Source: a virus (taxonomy: Duplodnaviria > Caudoviricetes). Taken from it: a DNA stretch of 64,000 bases. A program made the translations under genes and the position numbers. The notes under the pieces are model-generated. The model was not told the origin of the DNA. It ran no database searches and saw nothing but the letters and a program-made list of their open reading frames with translations. Below are positions 8,972 through 19,000 of the stretch, piece after piece; the stretch's first letter is position 1, and every line of letters starts with the position of its first letter. The stretch is from positions 11,572-75,571 of IMG/VR virus record IMGVR_UViG_3300025706_000022. One strand, given 5' to 3'.

Positions 8972-9532
8972 TTAACCACCGTAATGGCTAACCTCAGGAC
9001 GCGGCACATCAACAACACCGCCTAGACCAGTATTAGGGCTAACCTTAACACGGCAAGGACGGCCAACTGCAGCGTAAGCTTCTGCTACAATAGGGGAGCC
9101 ACACATAATTTCCTTAGCTACATCTTTCTCACCAATAGCTACAATCTCGCGTGCATGGAGACGACGAATACATTCTTCGTCCTTCCAAGTGCTACCAATA
9201 CTAAGGCCAAAGCCAGCACCAGCACCACCAACAGTGGAGGAGCCCATACAGGTTTCAGTAAGAGTAGTCGTCAATGCAGGAGCATACACTGTCGGTACAT
9301 TCTTAACAGTAGTAGTACCACTTGCACGAGTGCTAACTTCAGCAGGAGAGTTAAAAGTGTTAGTTAAGGTAACACCTTCATTCGAGCCAGTAGAAGCAAC
9401 AGCACCAGATGCAGACTGAGCCTGACTAGCACTACCACTCACTGCCTGACTCTCTTGGGCATGAGTAGGCGTAACAACACCCATCATAAGAGCAGCTGCA
9501 CTGATTACAACAATAGACAGAATATGCTTCAT
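8972..9532 (-). CDS. Secreted Ser/Ala/Gly-rich protein with a Cys-containing C-terminal domain
   Basis: Signal peptide ending THA; TCMGSS...GFGLSIGSTWKDEECIRRLHAR...EIMC. Confidence 0.75.
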   Translation of the reverse strand: MKHILSIVVISAAALMMGVVTPTHAQESQAVSGSASQAQSASGAVASTGSNEGVTLTNTFNSPAEVSTRASGTTTVKNVPTVYAPALTTTLTETCMGSSTVGGAGAGFGLSIGSTWKDEECIRRLHAREIVAIGEKDVAKEIMCGSPIVAEAYAAVGRPCRVKVSPNTGLGGVVDVPRPEVSHYGG

Positions 9533-9535
9533 TTA

Positions 9536-9676
9536 TTACTCCTTAGGCTCGGGAAAGAGATCAAGCACCTTACCAATAGCGTCTTTCAAATTCTGAAGAG
9601 CTTCCTTGAAAGTCAGATCAGATGGCGGTGGTTGATGATCATCAGCAACAACACCAGTTTGTCCAGTATCACCCAT
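9536..9676 (-). CDS. Small acidic protein (46 aa, below cutoff)
   Basis: Hand translation MGDTGQTGVVADDHQPPPSDLTFKEALQNLKDAIGKVLDLFPEPKE; RBS AAGGAG. Confidence 0.55.
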   Translation of the reverse strand: MGDTGQTGVVADDHQPPPSDLTFKEALQNLKDAIGKVLDLFPEPKE

Positions 9677-9737
9677 ATACTTCTCCTTTTAGGAGGCCCA
9701 GGATAGAATTATTCCAGGCCTATTACTACTTAACTAA

Positions 9738-10136
9738 TTAGAACGGATTAACAACAGGCAGCGGGGCCGGATTGACACCGATGGTCGTGAAGTTACCAGT
9801 GGCACCACTAGTGTTACCAGCTTGAGCACCGTACAGGGAACCAGCACCAGCCAGACCAAGAGCACCACTCACCGAGTAACCCTGATTGGCAGCCTGACCA
9901 CCTTGACCAACAACAACGCCATTCGGTCCAACAGCACCACCAGCAGCACCAGACTGTTGAGCCTGAGCACCAGAGGTCGTACCGGCAATACCAGCAATAG
10001 CGGCAACCGAGCCACCACCAGTAGCAACACTAGTAGCACCAAGGGAACCAGCCTGAACCAAGCCAGCATACAGGTTGAAGGCGTTAGCAGCAGAAGCGGC
10101 AAACATAGCAACAGCAATAACGAACAGCTTTTTCAT
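9738..10136 (-). CDS. Secreted, charge-free Gly/Ala/Ser/Gln-rich protein
   Basis: Signal MKKLFVIAVAMFAASAANA; the 113-aa mature part has no D, E, K, R or H; codon choice resembles the capsid gene. Confidence 0.75.
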   Translation of the reverse strand: MKKLFVIAVAMFAASAANAFNLYAGLVQAGSLGATSVATGGGSVAAIAGIAGTTSGAQAQQSGAAGGAVGPNGVVVGQGGQAANQGYSVSGALGLAGAGSLYGAQAGNTSGATGNFTTIGVNPAPLPVVNPF

Positions 10137-10238
10137 GATAAATCTCCTAGAAGGAAAATTGATAACAACGTTGTTGCCTGTGCAACATATTAGTAGGTAC
10201 AGGCTTCCCCACTAAAACAAACACTTTTGATATAATAC

Positions 10239-10260
10239 TTCTATATCATATAAGATGGAT
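10239..10260 (-). promoter_or_regulatory. Candidate phage RNAP promoter, class A (copy 3)
   Basis: ATCCATCTTATATGATATAGAA(G); its 3' end TATAGAAG matches the SP6 promoter initiation end. Confidence 0.6.
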
Positions 10261-10269
10261 GTTTTCCAG

Positions 10270-10860
10270 CTACACAATAACCCACCCATAAACGCCAGGC
10301 TCCCAGATATTATTACCAGCACCATCAGCCTGACTAACTTGCCAAGTACTACCATTATGGGTGCATAGATCACCCTCATTGGTAAATGGATTGACCAATT
10401 TATAGGCATCATACTGATCTAATGGTTGTACCCAAGGCAGTGCTTCACCTGGAATTTTAGCCATACGAACCAATGCAGGAATAGCTGTAGGATCAGGGTA
10501 CACAGCAGTATCATATTCTTGAATCACATACCATAATACATCTGATTCATCCTTATATAATCCAGGAGATACAACACCAGTCAATAATTCTGCATCCATA
10601 CTCCACTGTGTACCACTAGCCAAAGCAGCTTCAGATGTCATTTCAGGAGGATTATCCCCTTGAGTAATAATAACACCAGAAATAGCTGCTACTGCCGCTT
10701 CAAACACAGGGTCACCCCATGCATGAAGCAATGCTACACTTGCAGTAGGTCCAGCATAAGATGGTACACTAAAATTATTAGGTCCAAACCCTTGTAACTC
10801 TAGGGCTTCATTTGCTGATTGCATCTCTGCAGCAGGAATAGCTGCACTAAAATTACTCAT
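10270..10860 (-). CDS. Tail-region structural or accessory protein
   Basis: 196 aa, last gene of the fibre block; Trp/Gly-rich C-terminus (WEPGVYGW) like small carbohydrate-binding modules. Confidence 0.6.
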   Translation of the reverse strand: MSNFSAAIPAAEMQSANEALELQGFGPNNFSVPSYAGPTASVALLHAWGDPVFEAAVAAISGVIITQGDNPPEMTSEAALASGTQWSMDAELLTGVVSPGLYKDESDVLWYVIQEYDTAVYPDPTAIPALVRMAKIPGEALPWVQPLDQYDAYKLVNPFTNEGDLCTHNGSTWQVSQADGAGNNIWEPGVYGWVIV

Positions 10861-10868
10861 TTCTTCTC

Positions 10869-11024
10869 CTATTTAGGCGGATTATTGACAATGATATAAT
10901 CAAAGACAGCCATTTTGATTTGATCAATCGGGAGTAAAGGTTCTACCGTTACTTCAACATTAGTGAGGATAACGCCAGTCCCAGGAACTGGAATGTCAGG
11001 TAAAGTGAATGTCTGTTTACTCAT
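10869..11024 (-). CDS. Small protein (51 aa, below cutoff)
   Basis: Hand translation MSKQTFTLPDIPVPGTG...NNPPK; ATGA coupling. Confidence 0.45.
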   Translation of the reverse strand: MSKQTFTLPDIPVPGTGVILTNVEVTVEPLLPIDQIKMAVFDYIIVNNPPK

Positions 11025-11200
11025 TTCTTCTCCTCTTTCTTAGCTTGTATTGCTGTGATTACTTCCTTAGAGGGACTTTCTACATCCCTATTAAAAGCCT
11101 GTTCTGTACAAAAACCAAAACAGATAAGACTACGAGCTTCATTCTTACTAGCACAACCACTAATAAGAAGGATTAATATTACTGCTGATATTTTGTACAT
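11021..11200 (-). CDS. Small putative lipoprotein (59 aa, below cutoff)
   Basis: MYKISAVILILLISGCASK lipobox. Confidence 0.55.
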   Translation of the reverse strand: MYKISAVILILLISGCASKNEARSLICFGFCTEQAFNRDVESPSKEVITAIQAKKEEKK

Positions 11201-11217
11201 ATTACCCTTTCTATTGT

Positions 11218-11970
11218 TTAGTGAGTTCTGATAAATTCTTCTAAAAGAACTTGCTCTTCCGCAGTAACTGCCCTAGTAAGAAATACAAAATGATTAACTC
11301 TAAATGGAGTAGCAGTAAAATCATTAGGAAGCTCTTTTGTGCTCATTGATACAGTATTTCCTGTGGTAGGCCCTGAAGATGTAGTAAGAACATTATTAAG
11401 TATTGCACTAGCAGTCTGACTACTGCTTCCAGACCATACATGAGAATTAAGTTGTCCAGCAGTATTAAGTGTATTAGTAGTAGTAAAGTTCTTATTTAGC
11501 AAAGTTCCACTAAGTTTTGCTGGAGCTGTACTTACCTGAATATATGTTCCTTGCCAATCATATATATACATTCCTGATACATTAGAACCTAGTGTAAAAC
11601 CTATTCCAACTGTAGCAGCATTAAGAGATACAGTAGTTGGAACCGGCCTAAGTAGTACGCGATCATCTACTGCATCAAATGAAAGTCTTAATTTCCCACC
11701 AACATCAGCTACTACTGGCATCCTACTTGAACTAGATTGATCGTACTTAAAGGTATTACTACCAAGTCCGATTATCTTATTTTTCCATAATCCTACTGGT
11801 TGTCCAACAGCAGTAACAGGTATAGTTCCAGAAGAATCTTGGAACATCGTATCAAAATCAGTGGCATCAAACCAAAAGCCTGTTTCATTATTCTGAAACA
11901 AATCAGCAGGAGTCCAAAGACTAGCAGGAGGACCTTCTTCTTGCTTTCCAGAAATAAGGTCAAAGATCAT
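11218..11970 (-). CDS. Putative receptor-binding / lectin-like (LamG-like) tail protein
   Basis: WFDATDFDTMFQDSSGTIPVTAVGQPVGLW and FDAVDD; paralogous to the C-terminal part of 43436..45427. Confidence 0.6.
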   Translation of the reverse strand: MIFDLISGKQEEGPPASLWTPADLFQNNETGFWFDATDFDTMFQDSSGTIPVTAVGQPVGLWKNKIIGLGSNTFKYDQSSSSRMPVVADVGGKLRLSFDAVDDRVLLRPVPTTVSLNAATVGIGFTLGSNVSGMYIYDWQGTYIQVSTAPAKLSGTLLNKNFTTTNTLNTAGQLNSHVWSGSSSQTASAILNNVLTTSSGPTTGNTVSMSTKELPNDFTATPFRVNHFVFLTRAVTAEEQVLLEEFIRTH

Positions 11971-13427
11971 TTTGAATCCTTACACATCATAACACCACGC
12001 CATGTAGCACCACCATCTCTAGTATAAAAACCTAGGATATCAAGACCAGCAGTAGTGAAGGTAGGAACAGTGCCACCAGCCCACTTAATACCGCTCCACC
12101 ACGTAATAGCGTAAGCTCCACCATTAGTAAGCTCTAATACAAAACTTGTTACATCATTCACCGCTGCTACATTAGAGACAGTGAAGGTAGTAAGAGCAGT
12201 GATAGTCTTAGAGAAAACTGCGCCAAGAGAGCAGTCTATATTAGCAGCTGCAACAGCGTTATATTGTTCAACAATAGCCGCATTAAATGTTTGCTTAACT
12301 GAGAAGACATTATCTGCATTAGTAGCAGCCTTAGCGTTCCATGTGCTCTTCTCTGCATCTGTCACAAACCGATTAGAAGAGTCTTGGGTGATAATTGAAG
12401 GTGGATGAGAAGCAGGGTGAGTATAGTTATTAGCACCAGCAGCAATACCATCCAGCTTACTGGCTTGAGCTGAAGTCATGTGACCAGCAGCAGAAGCTGT
12501 AGCAGCAGGCATACTAATGGCAGGAGCAGTACCACCAGAAGATACTACTGGGCTAGTGCCTGTCACACCAGTTACTGTGCCATTTCCTTTAGCATTCCAA
12601 GTAGCTTTTTCTGTATCTGTTACAAATCTATTGCTAGCATCTTGAGTAATGATTGCAGGAGGGTGAGAAGCAGGGTGAGTGTAGTTATTAGCACCAGCAG
12701 CAATACCATCTAGCTTGCTCTTATCAGCAGCAATCATAAAACCATCTGCTGATGTAGTAACAGCAGTATGAGTATGATTTACATCTGCTTTAGTAGCATC
12801 GCTAGGATGGGTATGGCTTATATCAGACTTACTAGTATCACTAGGGTGAATATGATCACCACGACTATATTCAGTAGCTATACCTGCAGCAGCAGACCCA
12901 TCCATAATAGGTAGAGTATCTGATGGGGTTCCACCACCTCCACCCCCACCAATTGCTTGAATATCATTATCTAATTCTTGTAATGCTGTTTGAACCGTAG
13001 TTGCTATAATAGTTCCAGATGGCTCAAATGAAGTTCCTGCAGCTGTTTCAGCATATTTATTTGCCTTACCTTCATCTTGAGGATGCACATGGTCACCCCT
13101 AGAAGTAACTTCTAGCATACCTGGATTAGCTACACCAGGCGCTGATGGAGGAATATCAGAGAATGGAGTCCTTGATAACGATTCCCAACCTGTTCCAGTA
13201 AGACCTTCAAAATCATCATCAGTAGTATTAAATCTAATAAGGCCTGCTGCAGCTACAGGCCTTTCTTCTGTTGGGCCTGATGGTAAAGCAGCTGCACCAG
13301 TATCACTATTTTTATAAACTGTATTGCTTGTTTCAGCCTTGTCATTATTTAGATTAATAAAGTTTTGATCTAATTCATTATTAGTTAGAGGAGAGCCCTT
13401 ACCAGCCCTAGTGATAATGGTTGTCAT
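11967..13427 (-). CDS. Tail fibre protein
   Basis: Gly/Ala/Thr-rich with internal repeats; C-terminal TNGGAYAITWWSGIKWAGGTVP...DILGFYTRDGGATWRG typical of fibre tips. Confidence 0.8.
   Translation of the reverse strand: MTTIITRAGKGSPLTNNELDQNFINLNNDKAETSNTVYKNSDTGAAALPSGPTEERPVAAAGLIRFNTTDDDFEGLTGTGWESLSRTPFSDIPPSAPGVANPGMLEVTSRGDHVHPQDEGKANKYAETAAGTSFEPSGTIIATTVQTALQELDNDIQAIGGGGGGGTPSDTLPIMDGSAAAGIATEYSRGDHIHPSDTSKSDISHTHPSDATKADVNHTHTAVTTSADGFMIAADKSKLDGIAAGANNYTHPASHPPAIITQDASNRFVTDTEKATWNAKGNGTVTGVTGTSPVVSSGGTAPAISMPAATASAAGHMTSAQASKLDGIAAGANNYTHPASHPPSIITQDSSNRFVTDAEKSTWNAKAATNADNVFSVKQTFNAAIVEQYNAVAAANIDCSLGAVFSKTITALTTFTVSNVAAVNDVTSFVLELTNGGAYAITWWSGIKWAGGTVPTFTTAGLDILGFYTRDGGATWRGVMMCKDSK
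12331..12719. repeat. Duplicated ~43-codon module inside the tail fibre (about 12331-12461 and 12589-12719)
   Basis: SKLDGIAAGANNYTHPASHPPxIITQDxSNRFVTDxEKxTWNAK occurs twice, 258 nt apart, mostly with synonymous differences. Confidence 0.85.
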
Positions 13428-13435
13428 GGCTCACC

Positions 13436-13894
13436 TCATTTAGATTGGATATTCCAAGTAGCAGAAATAGAGTCATTAACTCCTTTAGGAATAGTCGGGA
13501 AAGTAACACGAGATACCATAGTGCCTCCACTTGCAGCATTAAATAGGCCTGCCTCATTCAGATCACCAGTAGCAACACCAGCACCGAATGTTCCTGCGAA
13601 ACGAGCAGTATCATCTAATACATCAGTAGTAGCACCACTAGCAGAAGCAACGGCACGACCTAGCTCAGACCCGAGAGATGCATCTTCAGGGGTAGGTGCG
13701 GTAGCACCACCGCCTAACGCAATATGGGAAATAGTAGCAATTGATAAACCGGCAGTCTTTTTAGCTAGATAAGCTAGTCCAGTGTTCACAATCAAATTCT
13801 TAAACTCATAATGACCTTTAAGCTTACCATCTGGGTCAAACAAATCAATAACAAGCGATCCAATTTGTTTATTTGTTTCTACAACATTGTTCAT
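13436..13894 (-). CDS. Tail structural protein (collar/fibre-base type)
   Basis: KNLIVNTGLAYL...IALGGGATAPT...ELGR...EAGLFNAASGGTMVSR, common in tail regions. Confidence 0.65.
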   Translation of the reverse strand: MNNVVETNKQIGSLVIDLFDPDGKLKGHYEFKNLIVNTGLAYLAKKTAGLSIATISHIALGGGATAPTPEDASLGSELGRAVASASGATTDVLDDTARFAGTFGAGVATGDLNEAGLFNAASGGTMVSRVTFPTIPKGVNDSISATWNIQSK

Positions 13895-13906
13895 ACAACC
13901 TCCTGG

Positions 13907-14503
13907 TTAAAAGGGGACACGGTAGTCTTCTACATAGTCTTCAGCAAAGTACGTCGGGTCTGCATAGCTAGATACCCTAAGTAATCCAATATCTGTTCCA
14001 CCCATCACATCATCAAGGCCTACTACAATAGTTGCACCTAGACGAAGATCTTCTACTACCTGATTAGCAACTTCATTGATATCAGGCATCCTACTAAGCC
14101 GAACATAACTCATTAGCTCAACATTAGTAGCTATAGAAGCTATATTCATTTCACGAACAGTCTCTTCAGACAAGACTTCTATTGGAGAGTATAAATCACT
14201 CAGTGTTAAATACATATCTTTCACTAACTCTAAAGACTCACTTCTAATATCAAAATCTGTTGGTACAATTCCTATCTCGAGAATAAAAGTTAATTCTTCT
14301 GCCCATAGAGCTACTTCTCTAATCTTTCTAACAGGTAATACAGGGATAAACTCTTGTTGACTAAGAATCATGCCGTAATCAACTGCAAGATCTAATGGTG
14401 GAACATCTACTATAGCACTAGACGTGGGGATAGATACAGAAGTACCCGAGGATGGGCCTTCAACTACAAATGCTGGAGTCTTTAGTGTAATAGTAATAGT
14501 CAT
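13907..14503 (-). CDS. Tail-region hypothetical protein
   Basis: 198-aa acidic ORF in the tail operon. Confidence 0.6.
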   Translation of the reverse strand: MTITITLKTPAFVVEGPSSGTSVSIPTSSAIVDVPPLDLAVDYGMILSQQEFIPVLPVRKIREVALWAEELTFILEIGIVPTDFDIRSESLELVKDMYLTLSDLYSPIEVLSEETVREMNIASIATNVELMSYVRLSRMPDINEVANQVVEDLRLGATIVVGLDDVMGGTDIGLLRVSSYADPTYFAEDYVEDYRVPF

Positions 14504-14505
14504 GG

Positions 14506-15105
14506 TTATGCATCCGGTACAGTCTCAGTAGGGCTATATTGCAGCTCTACTAAACCACGCATAGGTTTCCATGTCTGAGGGTAAGCAAAGGAAGAAGGCT
14601 CAGTTACTCTTAATTCAAAGAAGCCGTATATCTTAGAGTCTGCTTCAGGCTGAACTGCCCATGCAGGTGAAAGACTTAGTGTTTTAGGGAAACGAATATA
14701 CACAACATTATTCACATACTCTGTCCATACAGGGTCTGTATCAGGTGGGGTGCTACTAGAATAGTTACTAGTATAAAAGTTAATATACGTTTTACCAGCA
14801 TACAAGACTACATCATTAATCTGGTAAAGGATTCCTTCTAACCATTCTCCACGATACGTTGGATATCGCACCTGAAGCTTAGTCTGATTACCGTTAGGCT
14901 TGACATTAGTAGGAGGAGTAACAGCACCAACTTCGTTATCTCCTTCAACAACCACAGCCTCATACACATATCCACCAGACACATTTTCAATAAACTTTAA
15001 GGTAACAGGGTATTCAAGCTGCTCCCCTTGGACTATTGACCACAATACAGACCCAGAGTCTGATTGTAGATCAGTAGTAGTGTCTGCTAGCATTGATCTA
15101 GCCAT
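14506..15105 (-). CDS. Tail-region structural protein with a short carbohydrate-binding-like insert
   Basis: RGEW...YQINDVVLYAGKTY...PPDTDPVW resembles small chitin-binding-type modules. Confidence 0.55.
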   Translation of the reverse strand: MARSMLADTTTDLQSDSGSVLWSIVQGEQLEYPVTLKFIENVSGGYVYEAVVVEGDNEVGAVTPPTNVKPNGNQTKLQVRYPTYRGEWLEGILYQINDVVLYAGKTYINFYTSNYSSSTPPDTDPVWTEYVNNVVYIRFPKTLSLSPAWAVQPEADSKIYGFFELRVTEPSSFAYPQTWKPMRGLVELQYSPTETVPDA

Positions 15106-15557
15106 TTCAGCTCCTTACTGTGTGTTAGTTGGAGTAGTCCATCCCCTACAATCATTTCTGGAGTAGTGAATAGATTCTTTATTTCTTCATCAGAAGCTGC
15201 ATGTAATAATTCGTCTTCAACACCATTAGTGCTATGACTAGTTACAAATATACAGTCTGATAATGTCTTTACTACTTTTTGTGTTCCTTTACTTGCTTGA
15301 ATAATTAAAGGGGCATCGATTCTTGTTAACCCCTTTTTATCAGAGGACCATACCATGGCAGACCCCTTTATAACCATGAATACATGATCAAACTTATGGA
15401 CTCTACCGATTACAATCATCCCCTTAGGAACTACTAGTTCACGTACATAGACACCAGGGGCAAAGTGATGATGCACTTCCTCTTTATAAGGAACTACACC
15501 ACCACCTTTTCTTACCTGAACTCTCGTATTTGATACTTGCAACTGAGAGAGCTTCAT
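15087..15557 (-). CDS. Cupin-like (double-stranded beta-helix) protein
   Basis: HHFAPGVYVRELVVPKGMIVIGRVHKFDHVFMVIKG pattern. Confidence 0.6.
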   Translation of the reverse strand: MKLSQLQVSNTRVQVRKGGGVVPYKEEVHHHFAPGVYVRELVVPKGMIVIGRVHKFDHVFMVIKGSAMVWSSDKKGLTRIDAPLIIQASKGTQKVVKTLSDCIFVTSHSTNGVEDELLHAASDEEIKNLFTTPEMIVGDGLLQLTHSKELKWLDQC

Positions 15558-15564
15558 TATTACC

Positions 15565-16065
15565 TCATATTGAGTATGGGTCTATTACAATCAACTCGTC
15601 TATAGTGGTTGCATTTGCTATTAGTAGTTTAAGATTAACATAATTATTATGGAGAGCTACTGCCCTGATAACACTAAGTGCTCTTAATTGATTTACTTGA
15701 TTATTATTTAAAGTAACCAAAGTACCCGAATCATCTCTAAGAATACACCCACCTTCTAGATCACCAGGAAGCTCTAACTCTTTATTAAGGAATGTGAATG
15801 TATGGCCTATAATAGAAAATGTACGAGTCCCAGTGTTGCCCATAGCAATATTTAAATCAATAAATTTCTTTTGTCTTAATTCCTGTCTTAATTCCTCTAT
15901 ATCAGGTAAGGTTTGATACTCACCATCAATATAATGAGTACTACCAGGTGGGTAATCTTCCTCAACAATAGTATACTGAGGCCCATACAAGTTTTCAGTA
16001 TTAGCAGCAGGTGTCACAACCTCTAGTATTTTACCAGCTGAATCAAGTCTTAGAAGAGTAGTCAT
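15565..16065 (-). CDS. Tail fibre assembly-like protein
   Basis: Follows the tip gene; C-terminal LKLLIANATTIDELIVI resembles fibre chaperone termini. Confidence 0.5.
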   Translation of the reverse strand: MTTLLRLDSAGKILEVVTPAANTENLYGPQYTIVEEDYPPGSTHYIDGEYQTLPDIEELRQELRQKKFIDLNIAMGNTGTRTFSIIGHTFTFLNKELELPGDLEGGCILRDDSGTLVTLNNNQVNQLRALSVIRAVALHNNYVNLKLLIANATTIDELIVIDPYSI

Positions 16066-19000
16066 CTTAATAATCCTATAACTTGTAACGAAAGTCTACC
16101 TTGAACAACAGAGCCATCACTAGTATAAACATAAGCTCTGAACACATGACCACCAGCTGATACATTAGCAACAACCCCAGCATTAGCCATAGCAGTTACC
16201 CAGCCACCCTGTGATGAGAAGCTAAATTCACTAAAGGGTTGATCATCCAATGTAATTCTTATAAACACATTACGGCTACTTCCTGAATTAGGGTCATAGC
16301 AACCATAGATTACAGTAGCATGCACATTTTGAAAACCATTAGCAGAACTAAGCCAGATATCATTACCATTATGTGGAGTGACGATATTTCCAACTACACT
16401 CATACCAGCAGTAGTAATAGCATTACCAGCAACTCTTAATGTATCCACCTGAGCAACACCAATCTTAGCATTAGAAATAGTGCCATTAGCAATCATGGCT
16501 TCTTTCATATAAACACCAGCCGGTACATTCATACCATTGATAACTGTAGGGCTTGCTTGCACAATAAATGGCCATGCATCAAACCCAGGAGCACCAACTG
16601 CAAACCTATCAGCTTTCACTAAGAACTGCGAAGATGGATTGGTTGTACCAGTAACTGCTAATCCATATCCAGCTACATAACCACCATCAGTACTAATCTT
16701 AACTGTATACTGCCCCTCTAGCTGAGTCACATCCGTTTCAATACCAGGAATCTTATTGATAGGAGTAGACACATCATCAGCCAGAGTGCTCATGTTGATT
16801 TCGTCTTCTAATGCCGTAATAAGCTTACTGACATCTACACCGGTGGTAGTAATAAATGGGCCAACCTTAACAGATTCAATACCATTTCTCGCTACAAAAG
16901 ATGCCCACACATACCAGTTAGTAGCCGGTTCAGAACCAATAACGTGGTAAGGACCACCACTTTGCTCTACAAGCTTAGCAGCACTTACAACAGGTGCTGG
17001 AGCCCCATACAGTCTTTCTGCAGCATAAATCCGAGTAGCGCCATGTCCACCATTAACTGTATAAGTAGCAGGGTCATGCTCAACTGAATACCATGTAATG
17101 CCCGCAAAAAGCTTAACATTAGTAGGCGGTGGAGTAATATCACCACCAGCACTAGTCTTAAAATTATTACCTGTATAAATAATATTAGCAGTACGTGTAA
17201 AGGTCTGTCCATCTAACTCAGCAGTAAAGTTGATAGAAGCATTAGGCTGACCAAGAGCTGTTATCTGATAATTACCAGCAGTAGTAGTACTTGTGGAGTC
17301 ATCAACAGAAGCAGTTGCACCTATCTGACTCGTTACTGAGTACGCTGCCTTATCATTATAGATCGTAGCTCCTTTTGATAGCCTAAAGTTACCATTAGCT
17401 GCAGTTAAATCTGGTAGCCCTTGTGCGTTATCACCTACGTATATTAACGACTTCGTTAGCGTTGCCATAAGTGGTAAGTAAGCATCTAATGGGACTAAGC
17501 TAACTAATGGCCATCTACTACCTGTTCTCACATTATACTCAGGTGCTGATTGTTTGCCATCACCTGATATAGCAACAACAGTAGCAGTCATTGGCTTAGC
17601 TACCATCGCAGGAATCTTAAAGCTTGTGCCTGCAACAACACCAATTTCCCACCAATCAGTTTCACCAGGAATTACAGCAAACAGTAATGTATAAGAAACC
17701 CTAATCGAATACTTTTCAACTCTTGTATCAAGAGCAGCATTCCAGGTTAGAGTACCACCTGTAGCAACACCTATCTCTGTACTAGGAATAAATTGAAGAT
17801 TTGTAGCTTGAGCTAAGTCACCACTATAAACGTTTCTCTGTTCAATTACTTCATCATCTTTAGCATTCCATGCAAGGTTTCTACAGTCAAATTTAGTAAC
17901 TTCGAAAGAAATATCACCAAGCTCAGTAGCCTTAACACTAGATACCCTATACATCTCTCCAGGGATACCCAAAATAATACTTCTTATTTTGATTATATCA
18001 CCAGGCTCAATGTAGATAAACCTTCTACTGGCACTAAATATTAAACTAGCGTTATACCGTGAAGATCTAACCATTTCCTCTGCAGTAGCCATAGCATGTG
18101 CATAGGAAGTATCACCTGCTTGAAAGGATTCTCCTTCTAAGAGAACACCCTGATCTTCATTGAGGTAGATACCATAAACAGGATTGTTAGGGTCATTCTT
18201 AGGTGGCCAACTAGCAGAATCTTCTTTGAATGCTTTTGCTTCATTGAAGAATTTAATTGTTTGATAATTAAGCTTGTCATTTAGCGAAGTCCAGGCCTGA
18301 GAAATATCAGCTGACAATATGATGTCATCATCAGTGATATACGCAACAGAAAGCCTCTGATGTGGTCCCTTAATCCAACCATAATTCAAGTTACCACCAT
18401 TATCTAATGGCGGCATCTGATTATTGTCGATAGTAGTCATATACAGATCTACATCGGCAGCAGCTCCTGGCGGATATTGGACTACATCACCATAATTATA
18501 GAAAGCAGGTGTACCTTGAGTGATAACACCACCATCAATAGGGCCTAAGCTTGTACTATCAAATACAGCCTTATACTCTTGTGGGTACGGGATAGATAGT
18601 CTATATCGGCCATCAGCCCAGATAAACTCAGCTGCACCCATACAATTAAGAAGCTTTTCAACGTTATCACGAACAGACTCTTTAGTATCAATTAGGATAT
18701 TAGCTTCATATAAGTGTACAGTACGCTTAAGACCAGCCTTCTCACGCATTACCCAGTATTCACCCTCCATTGGAGGATAGAATGTACCATTAACCTGTAC
18801 AAGACGATCACAGCATCTATGCGCCCAATAGAAACTAACGAGGTCTATTTCATCTAGTCCAAGACCTTTACCATAAATCGGGTGCATTAAATAATCTAGC
18901 AAGCATAATGCAGGGCTATTTGAGTATATCTTACCGCCAAGTTGTGCTGTATTAGTTGCACGGTCAAAAAGAATATCACTTACCAACAAGCCATCAATAG

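Noticed and set aside
11021-11200. o-spanin / lysis cassette
   Set aside because: A lipobox is present but no i-spanin, holin or free endolysin is recognisable nearby.
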